Shown piece after piece: positions 1 to 12,198 of a stretch of 64,000 nt of DNA. Where the stretch lies: assembly GCA_039028615.1 (NCBI GenBank), contig JBCCHT010000031.1, positions 89,425-153,424 of the forward strand. Reading direction: 5' to 3'. This DNA is from Myxococcota bacterium (GTDB lineage Bacteria > Myxococcota_A > Polyangia > Nannocystales > Nannocystaceae). A program made the translations under genes and the position numbers. The notes beneath the pieces were generated by a model that was not told where the DNA came from, ran no database searches, and worked only from the letters and a program-made list of their open reading frames with translations. The first letter of the stretch is position 1. Each line of letters opens with the position of its first letter.

Positions 1-2028
1 CTGATACATCGTGTTGAGCTGGTGGACCATGCGCAGCGGCTCGTGGATGCCCGAGATGTTGGACACCGCCATGGTGTGATCCTGCTGGTAGTTGTAGTCG
101 ACGGGCGAGTTGTGGCTGATCTGCCCGTTGCCGCCGTTGACGATCGACTGCAGGTGGTACCAGGAGGACGACTCGAACTTGCCCGTCTCCAGCAGCTGGC
201 CCGTGAAGTAGTTGCAGTCCTTGCCCGAGGGCGGGTCGGGGTCGAAGCAGGCGGTGAAGTGCGGCGGTATCTCGAAGACCTGGTAGTTGTCGCCGAACCA
301 CTGCCGGGGCGGCACCTGGTCGCCGCGTTCGCCGAGCATGAGCTGGGGTTTGTCGGCGAGCTGGAACTCGTGGTGGAGCTCGAACTGCTTGACGGCCATC
401 AGGCGGGCCAGGCTGGTGGCCGCGAACTCCATGTCGGCGAAGCTCGCGTCGGGGCCCAGGCCGATGAGGTTGGCCGCGCTGTCCTTGGACCGCCAGTGTC
501 GCCACTGGGTGCCCATGGCGAAGAACGCCCGGTTGGCGAACCAGTAGACCTCGAACTCTCGGAGCAGCTCGTCGACGTCGCGGTCCTCGGGCGGCTCGGC
601 CTCGAGGTACGCGCGCAGGTGCTGGTAGCCGCTGTCGGGGTGCACGACGCAGCCGTTGCTGCCCCCGCTGCAGTAGGGGTCGTAGTCGGCGACGAGCCCG
701 TCGTACCACCCGCCGTCGTTGTAGGCGTCCATGGGGTGGACTAGCGGCAGCCAGTGCTTCCAGTCCGGGAACTGAATGGCCAAGGGCAAGGTGGTGCGGT
801 CGACCATCGCGTCCGGGTCGAGGCGCTCGTGCACGCTCGACTCGGTGACCGGATCACCGAACATGTGCGCGGCCATGTCGGCGTCGCGGTCGAGCACCGC
901 GTCGAGACCGGCGCCGGCCGGCCACTGCTCGACGGGCATGTCGGCGACGGCGGGCCCGGGCTGAAAAGGCGGGTTCCAGGGCCTGCCGTAGCGACCGACG
1001 TCTTCGATCGAGTCCGACAGCGAGCGAATATACGAGGCGATCTGCTCGCCCTGCTCTTCGCTCAGCCCGTGGAACTTGGCGCGCTCGATGATGCTGCGGT
1101 TGGAGTAGCTGAACAGCTCGAGGTCGCGACCATCTTGGGTGTGACAGTCGGTGCACGTCGCCCGAACGAGCTGCCGCGGCGCGATGACCTTGCCGTACCA
1201 GAACCCCGTGCGCTCATCGGGCAGGTCGTGGCTCCACAGCTGGGCGCCGTACCACAGCGCCCGCCCGGCCTCGATCGCGCCCTCGCCCGGGATGGGGGCG
1301 CTCCAGGTGGCCGGGTCGACTTCGTAGGTCGCCCACGGCGGGAGCAGCTCTATGCCCGCCCCGTCTTCGATGCCCAGGTCGACGATGCGATAGCCGATCG
1401 AGATCGCGTTGCCGAGGTCGAAGCGAAAGCGGAGCTCGTTGTCGCCGTCTTGGAGGTCGGTGGCGGGCAGGGCGATGCGCATGGTGCTGAGCCCTCCGTG
1501 CACCATGCCGCCACGGGCGAGGGCTCGCTCCTCGACCTCGACCGTGTCGTGATTGAGCGAGATCCACTCGCCGTCGTTGATCTGGACGGAGCCCTTGTCC
1601 TGGTAGCCCAGGTTGTTGACGCGCAGCCACAGTCGGTCGGCGCCGTCCACGACCCCGGCGCCCAGCGTCAGCGTTCTCGTCTCGGTGGTGCCTTCGCGGC
1701 CGAGCACCTCGATGGGCAGCTCGACCAGCTCGTCGGGGTGGCAGCACTGTTCGTCGCAGGGCAGCAGCGGCGCCGGGCAGTCGATGTCCTCGCCGGTATC
1801 GGCCCCCGTGTCGTCGTCGTCGTCGCCATCGGTGTCGACGTCGACGTCGCCCGTCTCGTCGGCGACGCCATCACCCGTGGGTCCCGAGCCCACCGTCGAG
1901 CCGCTCGTGCTCCCACCGTCGGCATCGATGCTCTGGAGTCCCTGGTAGCAGCCGGTGACCGCCAGGGCCGAGGTCACGAGTTCCAGTCCGAGAATCGAGG
2001 GGGCTACGAGGAAGCGGAGTCGGGTCAT
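1..2028 (-). CDS. Large uncharacterised lipoprotein with one CxxCH heme-c motif (C-terminus runs off the window)
   Basis: Not in the ORF track because it is open at the edge. My manual translation from ATG 2028 gives MTRLRFLVAPSILGLELVTSALAVTG-C (lipobox), a D/T/G-rich linker, Cys cluster CPAPLLPCDEQCCH and CTDCH at 1141-1155, with no stop down to position 1. Confidence 0.85.
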   Translation of the reverse strand, partial: MTRLRFLVAPSILGLELVTSALAVTGCYQGLQSIDADGGSTSGSTVGSGPTGDGVADETGDVDVDTDGDDDDDTGADTGEDIDCPAPLLPCDEQCCHPDELVELPIEVLGREGTTETRTLTLGAGVVDGADRLWLRVNNLGYQDKGSVQINDGEWISLNHDTVEVEERALARGGMVHGGLSTMRIALPATDLQDGDNELRFRFDLGNAISIGYRIVDLGIEDGAGIELLPPWATYEVDPATWSAPIPGEGAIEAGRALWYGAQLWSHDLPDERTGFWYGKVIAPRQLVRATCTDCHTQDGRDLELFSYSNRSIIERAKFHGLSEEQGEQIASYIRSLSDSIEDVGRYGRPWNPPFQPGPAVADMPVEQWPAGAGLDAVLDRDADMAAHMFGDPVTESSVHERLDPDAMVDRTTLPLAIQFPDWKHWLPLVHPMDAYNDGGWYDGLVADYDPYCSGGSNGCVVHPDSGYQHLRAYLEAEPPEDRDVDELLREFEVYWFANRAFFAMGTQWRHWRSKDSAANLIGLGPDASFADMEFAATSLARLMAVKQFELHHEFQLADKPQLMLGERGDQVPPRQWFGDNYQVFEIPPHFTACFDPDPPSGKDCNYFTGQLLETGKFESSSWYHLQSIVNGGNGQISHNSPVDYNYQQDHTMAVSNISGIHEPLRMVHQLNTMYQ

Positions 2029-2230
2029 GGCGAGCGGCGTCCGGGGGCGGCTGTCCAGCCGTCGTAGGGAGTCACCGCGCGGCGATTTTTTATGCACCCC
2101 GCCGGCACTTTTCTGGGTCTTCCGAGCCCGATCCCGGCCACGGACGGGGAGCCTCGGTGGACGCGAGTAATTCGTGAGTGACCCGGCACGCAACGCGCTG
2201 AGCCGCGGCCGACGCGACGGCTCGGTGGGC

Positions 2231-2869
2231 TCAGGGGGTCGTCGGCGCGCGGCCGACCTCGGGCAGCGCTCGAATCCACTCGTCGAACCCGTCGAGCGTG
2301 CTGGTCGATTGCTCGGGCGTCTCGGCCAGCGCGGCGATCTTGTCCTGCAGCAGCTGACGCCCGCGACGGATCCGAGTCTTGATCGTCCCCACCGCGACCC
2401 CGAGGGCTTCGCTGATCTGCGTGGCGCTCTGTTGCTCCCAGTAGTGCAGCTCGAGCACGATCTGATAGTCGAGGGGGATGTGCCGCAACGCTCGCAGGAG
2501 CAGGCGCTGCTCTTGCGCGTGGGCGAGCGCGGTGGAGGGGCCCGGGGCGAGCTCGGCCGCAGAGTGAACGCCCGAGTCGAGGGGCTCGGCGAGGCGGTGG
2601 CGCTTCCGCAGGTGGTGGCGCAGGGTGTTGTGGGCGATGCCGAACAGGAAAGTGCGCATGCTCGAGTCGCCGCGGAAGCGGTCGGCAGCCTCGACACAGC
2701 CGAGGAAGGTGCGCTGGACGAGGTCCTCGGCCGCGTCGGGCACCTTGCTCATGAAGAACCGATAGATGCAGGAGTAGTGGCGCGAAAACAGCGTGGAGCC
2801 GGCGACTTGGTCGCCGGCCTGCCAGGCGCGCAGGAGGGAAGCATCATCGGTGGCGGGTCGGGAGCCCAT
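2231..2869 (-). CDS. ECF-family RNA polymerase sigma factor
   Basis: Region 2 (LFSRHY..IYRFF..AAEDLVQRTF..FRTFLFGIA-like) and region 4 HTH (SATQISEALGVAVGTIKTRIRRGR). Start set at ATG 2869 (MGSRPATDD). Confidence 0.9.
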   Translation of the reverse strand: MGSRPATDDASLLRAWQAGDQVAGSTLFSRHYSCIYRFFMSKVPDAAEDLVQRTFLGCVEAADRFRGDSSMRTFLFGIAHNTLRHHLRKRHRLAEPLDSGVHSAAELAPGPSTALAHAQEQRLLLRALRHIPLDYQIVLELHYWEQQSATQISEALGVAVGTIKTRIRRGRQLLQDKIAALAETPEQSTSTLDGFDEWIRALPEVGRAPTTP

Positions 2870-2988
2870 GGGGACGTGGGTCGAGCATAGGCGACGCGCT
2901 CCGGGGCCCCTTCGATTCTTTTGAAATCTCCCGCAATCCGTTGGCAATCGGCCGTCACTACCCATCGAATGCGACGGGCGAGGCAGCC

Positions 2989-6030
<3,042 letters not shown>

Positions 6031-6036
6031 AAGATT

Positions 6037-6090
6037 CAGGATTGTGCCAGTCACCCATTGAGCGAAAGAGACGAACGCCCATGACGAACG
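6037..6090 (+). repeat. Upstream/5' segment duplicated with the tandem genes (copy 1)
   Basis: caggattgtgccagtcacccat...gacgaacgcccATGacgaacg matches 6991-7048. Confidence 0.8.
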
Positions 6091-6956
6091 ACGAAACCAA
6101 CACGAGTGGAACCCCTGCATCCGAAGTCCGACAGATCAGCGGGGATCCAAAAATCCAACTCTCCAGCGATACGGGAATCTCGGCACTGACGCTGACCTTC
6201 ACCGCCAATGGCTGGACCGCCTCGGGAGGCGACTACGACCGCGATACAGACACCTACGCCGTCTCCGCCGAGCGGACGAGCGAGGATGGGGTCTACTTCG
6301 CGCCCGTGACCTACATCGACCAGACGGTCACGAACCATCACCACTACGGCATGGTCTACTGGGAGCAGGACATGGGCGGCTTTCCGGTTCGGCTCTTTCA
6401 GTCGGCCACCGAGATCACGTCGCCCACCGCGCACAACCAGAGCAACATCTACGGTGCCTACGGTGACGTCTATAGCTTGAACTTGTGGCTCGAGCCGGTT
6501 CGCTTCTACCAGGTCCAGACCCAGAACAACAACGACGGGCAGTGCATCTATGCCCCGTACTGGTTGCCGAATCGGTACGGAACCCTCGTCACTTCCTCCA
6601 ACCCCCCCACGCAGGGAGAACATCCCTATACGGAGTTCGGGTTGATCTCCACGGGCACCGCCTGCCTGCTCTTTCAACGGCAGTCGAGCGGCGTCGTCTA
6701 TGTGCCCGACGGCAAGGACAGCAATCAGAGCCTCCTGGTCGGCTATCCCACGCAGGAGGACTTCGCCGACGCCAGCAAGGCTCCCTGCGAAACCTGGGCG
6801 TTCGATCAGAAGAAGGACGCCTCGCTCACGCTCACTTCCAACGTCGGGTCGATATGGGGCGTGGCCGGAGGCAACAAGGCCGAGGGCACGGTGATCGAGA
6901 CCTACTCCCGAAAATCCGGCAACAAATACAAGTGGACCTTCGCGGAGATCTCGTAG
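6081..6956 (+). CDS. Hypothetical protein, tandem paralog 1: unknown N-domain plus ricin-B/beta-trefoil-like C-domain
   Basis: C-terminal WGVAGGNKAEGTVIETYSRKSGNKYKWTF resembles a ricin-B subdomain, preceded by two similar-length segments. No signal peptide. Highly similar to 7039-7920. Confidence 0.7.
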   Translation: MTNDETNTSGTPASEVRQISGDPKIQLSSDTGISALTLTFTANGWTASGGDYDRDTDTYAVSAERTSEDGVYFAPVTYIDQTVTNHHHYGMVYWEQDMGGFPVRLFQSATEITSPTAHNQSNIYGAYGDVYSLNLWLEPVRFYQVQTQNNNDGQCIYAPYWLPNRYGTLVTSSNPPTQGEHPYTEFGLISTGTACLLFQRQSSGVVYVPDGKDSNQSLLVGYPTQEDFADASKAPCETWAFDQKKDASLTLTSNVGSIWGVAGGNKAEGTVIETYSRKSGNKYKWTFAEIS

Positions 6957-6990
6957 CGTTCCGAGGTGATCGGCGCAGCCCAAAGGATGG

Positions 6991-7048
6991 CAGGATTGTG
7001 CCGGTCACCCATCACCGCGAGCGAGAGGACGAACGCCCATGACGAACG
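6991..7048 (+). repeat. Upstream/5' segment duplicated with the tandem genes (copy 2)
   Basis: caggattgtgccggtcacccat...gacgaacgcccATGacgaacg. Confidence 0.8.
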
Positions 7049-7920
7049 AAGAAACCAACACCAGCGGCTCACCTGGGCTCGAAGTCCGCCAGGTCAGCGG
7101 CGATCCCAAGATCCAGCTGTCGAGCGAGACCGGCATCCCGGCGCTGCACCTGACCTTCACGGCAACCGGCTGGACCGCTTCGGGGGGACGCTACGACGAC
7201 GACACCGACACCTACTCGGTCTCGACCCAGAGCACGTCCGAGGATGGGGTCTACTTCGCGCCCGTGTACTACAAGGACGAGACGGTCGGGGACCATCACC
7301 ACTACGGCATGGTCTACTGGGAGCAGGACATGGGCGGGTTTCCGGTTCGGCTCTTTCAGTCGGCCACCGAGATCACGTCGCCCACCGCGGACAATCAGAG
7401 CAACATCTACGGCGCCCACGGTGACGTCTACAGCCTGAATCTGTGGCTGCAGCCGGTGCGCTCTTACCAGGTGCAGACCCAGAACAACCCCGGGCAGTGC
7501 ATCGTAAGCCCCTACTGGCTGCCGAATCGGTACACGAACCTCCTGACGTCCACCAACCCGGTCACGACACAGCAGCAGCCCTATACCGAGTTCGGGTTGA
7601 TCTCCACGGGTACGGCCTGCCTGCTGTTTCAACGGAAGTTGAGTGGCGTCATCTATGTGCCCAACGGGAAGGACGCGAGTCAGTCCATGTTGGTCGGCTA
7701 TCCCACCCGGGAGGACTTCAGCGACGCCAGCTCGGCCCCGTGCCAGACGTGGGCCTTCGACCAGCAACAGGACGCGACGCTCACGCTCACCTCCGACGTC
7801 GGGTTGGTGTGGGCCGTGCCCAACGGCTCCAAGAACGAGGGCATCATCATCGAGACCTACACGCGAAAGCACACCAACAGCTTCAAGTGGACCTTCGTGG
7901 AGGTCGCGGGAGGGAGCTAG
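7039..7920 (+). CDS. Hypothetical protein, tandem paralog 2: unknown N-domain plus beta-trefoil-like C-domain
   Basis: Colinear with 6081-6956; HHHYGMVYWEQDMGGFPVRLFQSATEITSPTA is identical in both. Confidence 0.7.
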   Translation: MTNEETNTSGSPGLEVRQVSGDPKIQLSSETGIPALHLTFTATGWTASGGRYDDDTDTYSVSTQSTSEDGVYFAPVYYKDETVGDHHHYGMVYWEQDMGGFPVRLFQSATEITSPTADNQSNIYGAHGDVYSLNLWLQPVRSYQVQTQNNPGQCIVSPYWLPNRYTNLLTSTNPVTTQQQPYTEFGLISTGTACLLFQRKLSGVIYVPNGKDASQSMLVGYPTREDFSDASSAPCQTWAFDQQQDATLTLTSDVGLVWAVPNGSKNEGIIIETYTRKHTNSFKWTFVEVAGGS

Positions 7921-9740
7921 CGACGAGCGGTGACCTCGACCTCGGGCATTGCCTCGCGCACGATCTCGAGGCCGGCTTCGAGCACTTCGTCTCGGCCCGC
8001 CCGAAGGCCCGCGATGGTGGGGTGCACCTCGAGGTCGGGCCGCACCCCGCCGCGGTGGAAAGGGCTACCGTCGTGGCGGGTCACTCGCATGCCGCTGTAG
8101 ATCACGAAGAACCCGCCCAAGGTGTCGAAGCGAACGATGTCGCCGTTGGCCCCCGCGCTGGCCTGCCCCACCAGCGTGCCGAGCTCGTGGCTCTCGACGT
8201 AGCTGAGCATCGACTCGGCGTAGCTGATGGCCTCGGCCGAGACGAGGAAGGTGACGGGGGCGTCGAGGTGGGGCTCGGCGGGGCGGCGGTGCCAGCCGAG
8301 GTCGTGCCAGCCCACCACTTCACCGTCGGGCTCGACGTAGCGCGGCACGTGCATCCACAGCGTGTCCTCGGGGCCGTCGAGCAGGTGATCGAGGATTGGA
8401 TCGTTGTTGACGGGGTAGCCCCGCATGTCGAACACGATGCCCGGAGCGGCCGCCAGCTCGGGGAGGCGAGGCTCGATGGCCTTCCAGTCGGCGCGGGTGA
8501 GATCGACGTAGAACACGCCGTCGTCGAAGCTGTGGATGGCGGGCGGCCGCGGGTTGATGGGCACGGGGAAGCGCTCGGCTTCGGTGCGAATGCGATGGTG
8601 CTGGCCGTTGCGCTCGAGCTGAATCTCGACCTCGTGACCCATGGGGGCGCGGGTGGTCTCCCACGCGGCGGCCCGGAACTCACGCCACTGGCGGGTGCCC
8701 GACAGCCGCGAGGCGATGGACTCGATCTCGGCCAGCGCGGGCGACCCGTCGATGTGGGTGATGACGTCGCCGACCTCGAACTTCTCGGGCTCGCGGGTAC
8801 CCGTGACCACGGGGGTGCCTTCGACCAGCTCGATGCGCAGCGGGAGCGTGCACGCCGACTGCTGGGAGTGCCCCACGAAGCCGTGCCCGTCTTCGAGCGG
8901 CTCGAGCAGGCCGCGGAGCGTGTTGCGGAAGTCTTCGGGGTCGTGGTCGTCGCTGGCGTCGCGCAGCGCGGCCACCAACATCGCGTCCCAGTCGAGCTCG
9001 AGTTCGTGCTGATAGGGATAGAAATGCCGCAGCACGTTCCACACCTCGATGATCGCGGCCTGCCGCACTTCGAGGCGAGCGGTGTCGTGGCGCTCCCGGG
9101 GACCGGGCGCCGCCATGTCGGTGGTGTCGTGGGCGGCCTGCTCGCGACTGAGCACGACGGGGAGCTGCACGAACAGCTCGTCGGAGATCTGGGTGCGGAC
9201 GCGGGTGTCGGCGGACGGGGTCTCGGGGAAGTGCCGACGCCAGCTCTCGTCGGGGTGCACCCGCACCTTGCGGTAGGGCGGAGTGAATAGCGAGACGGGC
9301 GTGCCGGGGAAGCCCTGGTACTGCCAATACACCAGCCCCTGCCGCCGTGAGGGCACGGCGGGATCGGGAGGCGCGGGCTCGTCGTGCGCCCATAGCTGGA
9401 GCGACGGCGCGTAGGGATGCATGAGCAGCTCGAGCCGTTCGATCTGCGCGTCGAGGGTGGGAGCGTCGTGCACCAGCTCGACCCCGGACACGGCGAGCTG
9501 CTGCCAGTCCGCGTCGGCCGAGGCGTTGGTGGGGTGGAAAAATCGCACGTAGCCGTACACCCGAGCGAAGGCCACGAGGTTCTGCTCGGCGGTGACGGCT
9601 TGGCCCCGCGCGACGGAGACGGGGGCGGTGGGCTGCGTGGGCGCCGGCGCGGGCCGATGAGCGCAGGCCGACACGAGGGCGGCGAGCGCTACGGCGAGCG
9701 GGCGCGGAGACCACGGCACGAGATCATTGACGCTCGGCAC
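7917..9740 (-). CDS. S41-family (tail-specific/CtpA-like) peptidase, lipoprotein
   Basis: Lipobox LVSAC; YGYVRFFHP; PDZ-like GDVITHIDG; FDMRGYP; AISYAES catalytic-Ser motif; GANGDI; GVRPD. Start uncertain (GTG 9740 or 9719). Confidence 0.85.
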   Translation of the reverse strand: MPSVNDLVPWSPRPLAVALAALVSACAHRPAPAPTQPTAPVSVARGQAVTAEQNLVAFARVYGYVRFFHPTNASADADWQQLAVSGVELVHDAPTLDAQIERLELLMHPYAPSLQLWAHDEPAPPDPAVPSRRQGLVYWQYQGFPGTPVSLFTPPYRKVRVHPDESWRRHFPETPSADTRVRTQISDELFVQLPVVLSREQAAHDTTDMAAPGPRERHDTARLEVRQAAIIEVWNVLRHFYPYQHELELDWDAMLVAALRDASDDHDPEDFRNTLRGLLEPLEDGHGFVGHSQQSACTLPLRIELVEGTPVVTGTREPEKFEVGDVITHIDGSPALAEIESIASRLSGTRQWREFRAAAWETTRAPMGHEVEIQLERNGQHHRIRTEAERFPVPINPRPPAIHSFDDGVFYVDLTRADWKAIEPRLPELAAAPGIVFDMRGYPVNNDPILDHLLDGPEDTLWMHVPRYVEPDGEVVGWHDLGWHRRPAEPHLDAPVTFLVSAEAISYAESMLSYVESHELGTLVGQASAGANGDIVRFDTLGGFFVIYSGMRVTRHDGSPFHRGGVRPDLEVHPTIAGLRAGRDEVLEAGLEIVREAMPEVEVTARR

Positions 9741-9805
9741 CCCATGAAAGTTCCGACGGGGCCGAAATTGGCCCCGCACGGGGGTTGGGAGGGCCGTTCG
9801 CGGCG

Positions 9806-10270
9806 TCAGGCGCTCGCCGCGATGGGCTCCGCCGTGAGCCCGGAGAGCTGGCGCAGGGTCTCGGCCAGCTCGGCCGTCTTGGCGACGGTGCGCGGCACGA
9901 CGAGCACGGTGTCGTCTCCCGCCAGCGTGCCCAGCACGTCGGGGCGCTCGAGGGCATCGAGGTCGAGGCCCACCGCCTGCGCTCGACCCACCTCGGTTCG
10001 AATCACCACCATGGCCTCGTTGTGCTCGATGTCGATCACCATGTCACGCGGCAAGCCGCGGGGGCCGTCGAGCTGGTAGATGCCCACGCCGTCCGCTCCG
10101 GTTCGACGCTGGGCACCGAGGCGCTTGAGGTCGCGACTCACCGTGCTCTGCGTGACGCGATAGCCCTGCGCGGCCAGCAGGTGACACAGCTCGGTTTGAG
10201 TAGCAGCGCGGCCCTCGGAGAGCAGCTCGCGAAGCGCTGAACGACGATTGAGGCTGGGACGTGACATCAT
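9806..10270 (-). CDS. argR: Arginine repressor
   Basis: TQTEL..VTQSTVSRDL winged HTH and GTLAGDDT arginine-binding motif. Confidence 0.95.
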   Translation of the reverse strand: MMSRPSLNRRSALRELLSEGRAATQTELCHLLAAQGYRVTQSTVSRDLKRLGAQRRTGADGVGIYQLDGPRGLPRDMVIDIEHNEAMVVIRTEVGRAQAVGLDLDALERPDVLGTLAGDDTVLVVPRTVAKTAELAETLRQLSGLTAEPIAASA

Positions 10271-12198
10271 TGGACTGCCTGGCGGGTGATCAAGCTACCG
10301 ATGCCCTCGTCGGTGAACAGCTCGCCGACGAGCGCATGAGGCAAGCGCTGGTCGATGAGGTGTACGGCGGGGACCCCTTGTCGAGCGGCGTGCTCGGCCA
10401 GGGCCAGTAGCTCGGGGTTGACGGTCGCGAAGCGCTCTTGCTCGAGACCCACGAGGAATTGACGGTGGGAGATCGTCTGGACGAAGCCGTGCTCGTCCCG
10501 AAGACCGCGCTCGGGGCCCATCACGATGAGCTTTTGCATGCCGAGGTTGATGGCCATGCGCACGAGCTGGGTGGGATTCGGCTCGTCGAGCACGACGGTG
10601 CACAGGTGCCCGCGGTCGAGCAGGTGCCGGGCATCCTCGTACCCGGTGGTGACCGACGCGCAGTAGTGCCCCGTGGCCTCGAGGTGGCTACGAACCTGCT
10701 CGGCGATCTCCGGGTTGGAGACGACGAGCAGGGGCCGAATGTTGGCATCGAGGCACAGCTCGAGGTCTTGGGCGAGCTTGGCGATGAGGTCCTCGCGGAC
10801 GGGCGCCTGCGGAATGTGGACCATCAGGTGCAGGCCCACGAAGCGGCGCACATAGGCGAGGCCGTCGACGATGAGCTGATGCTTGAGTCGCGGCGAGTAG
10901 CCGCCGAGGCCGAGGTTGCGCCGCACGACGCCTTCGGCGGTGGTCTCGATCTTTGTGGCCTCGTCGGCGTTGATGCGCACGTAGTCGTAGCTGAGGTCGC
11001 ACCCCAGGGCGAGGTGTTCGCCCGGCCCGTCGCCGAGCTCGAGGGTCCAGCGCACGGTGCCGTCGCGCATGCGTCGGCTGACCTCGTCCATGTCCACGCC
11101 CTCACAGGGTCCCTCGCGGGTGTACAGGGCGATGCCCTGGGCCAAGATCGTCATCTGGCGAGGATCGACGGACAGGTCGTGCTCGAGCACCGCTTGCCCG
11201 GTGGCGGCGGCGATGCGGCCCCAGTCGGCCTGCCCGGCGAAGGTGCTGCACTTGACCAGGCTGCTGCGGCACACGGCCCGCCCGATGAAGCGCGCGGTGG
11301 CAAGATCGGGCGCGCCCTTGACCTCCACCTCGAGCATGCGGGTGGCGCCCTCGCCATCGAGCGCGACCTGGCGGGCCAACGAGGCGAGCACGGCTCGCAG
11401 CGCGGCGCTGAAGATCTGCTCCGCCTCCTCGGTATGGATGGAGGTCTTGCTGGTGCCGTTGGCGAGCACGACGACCGAGTCGTTCGTGGAGGTGTCCCCG
11501 TCGACGCAGATCCCGTTGAAGGTGTCGTCGATGTGCTCGCTGAGCATGGCCTGCAGCCGCGCCGGGCCGATGGCGGCGTCGGTGCACACGAACCCGAGGG
11601 TGGTGGCCATGTTGGGGTGGATCATGCCCGAGCCCTTGGCGATTCCGAGCAGGCGAATGGGCTCGGAGGCGCCGGGAATGGGCACGTTGAGCTGCGCGAC
11701 CTTGGTCCCCGTGTCGGTGGTGAGGATGGCCTGGGCGAAGACCATCGGGTCGTCCTGCGCCCCTTCGCACAGGCCGGGCAGGGCGTCGGTGATCTTGTCG
11801 GCGGGGAGGGGCTGGCCGATCACCCCGGTCGACATGGTCAGCACCTGCGAGAGATCCACGCGCAGCGCGATCGCGGAGTCGCGGGCGACCTGCTCGTTGG
11901 TTTGCTCGCCGCTGGGCCCGGTCATCGCGTTGGCGTTGCCGGAGTTGACGACGATGGCCGCGACGCCCGGGTTGGGCACGAGGCCGGCGTCTCGATCGAC
12001 GCAGGCGGCCCGGGCCGGGTTGCGGGTGAAGACCCCGGCCGCGGCGGCGGGCGGCGTGCTGCGAATGAGCCCGAGATCGGGCCGCCCCTGCTTGATCCCG
12101 CAGCGGGTCGCGCCGAAGTGGAAGCCTTGGGGCAACGAATCGAGGTCGCCCAGCGTCACGCTCACGGGCGGGAGCTCGGGGAGGGATTGTTTGCTCAT
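10267..12198 (-). CDS. argJ: Ornithine acetyltransferase ArgJ fused to a C-terminal degenerate acetylglutamate-kinase-like (AAK) domain
   Basis: NSGNANA, STGVIG, TTDT, KGSGMIHPNMAT, DTSTND, DGEGAT and GCDLSYDYVRINAD, then ~230 extra aa ending ELFTDEGIGSLI. ATG 12198 overlaps the argC stop. Confidence 0.92.
   Translation of the reverse strand: MSKQSLPELPPVSVTLGDLDSLPQGFHFGATRCGIKQGRPDLGLIRSTPPAAAAGVFTRNPARAACVDRDAGLVPNPGVAAIVVNSGNANAMTGPSGEQTNEQVARDSAIALRVDLSQVLTMSTGVIGQPLPADKITDALPGLCEGAQDDPMVFAQAILTTDTGTKVAQLNVPIPGASEPIRLLGIAKGSGMIHPNMATTLGFVCTDAAIGPARLQAMLSEHIDDTFNGICVDGDTSTNDSVVVLANGTSKTSIHTEEAEQIFSAALRAVLASLARQVALDGEGATRMLEVEVKGAPDLATARFIGRAVCRSSLVKCSTFAGQADWGRIAAATGQAVLEHDLSVDPRQMTILAQGIALYTREGPCEGVDMDEVSRRMRDGTVRWTLELGDGPGEHLALGCDLSYDYVRINADEATKIETTAEGVVRRNLGLGGYSPRLKHQLIVDGLAYVRRFVGLHLMVHIPQAPVREDLIAKLAQDLELCLDANIRPLLVVSNPEIAEQVRSHLEATGHYCASVTTGYEDARHLLDRGHLCTVVLDEPNPTQLVRMAINLGMQKLIVMGPERGLRDEHGFVQTISHRQFLVGLEQERFATVNPELLALAEHAARQGVPAVHLIDQRLPHALVGELFTDEGIGSLITRQAVQ

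Noticed and set aside
6081..7920. Diversity-generating retroelement (TR/VR) explanation for the tandem lectin-like genes
   Set aside because: Differences are not adenine-specific, both copies are full ORFs, and no reverse transcriptase is in the window.
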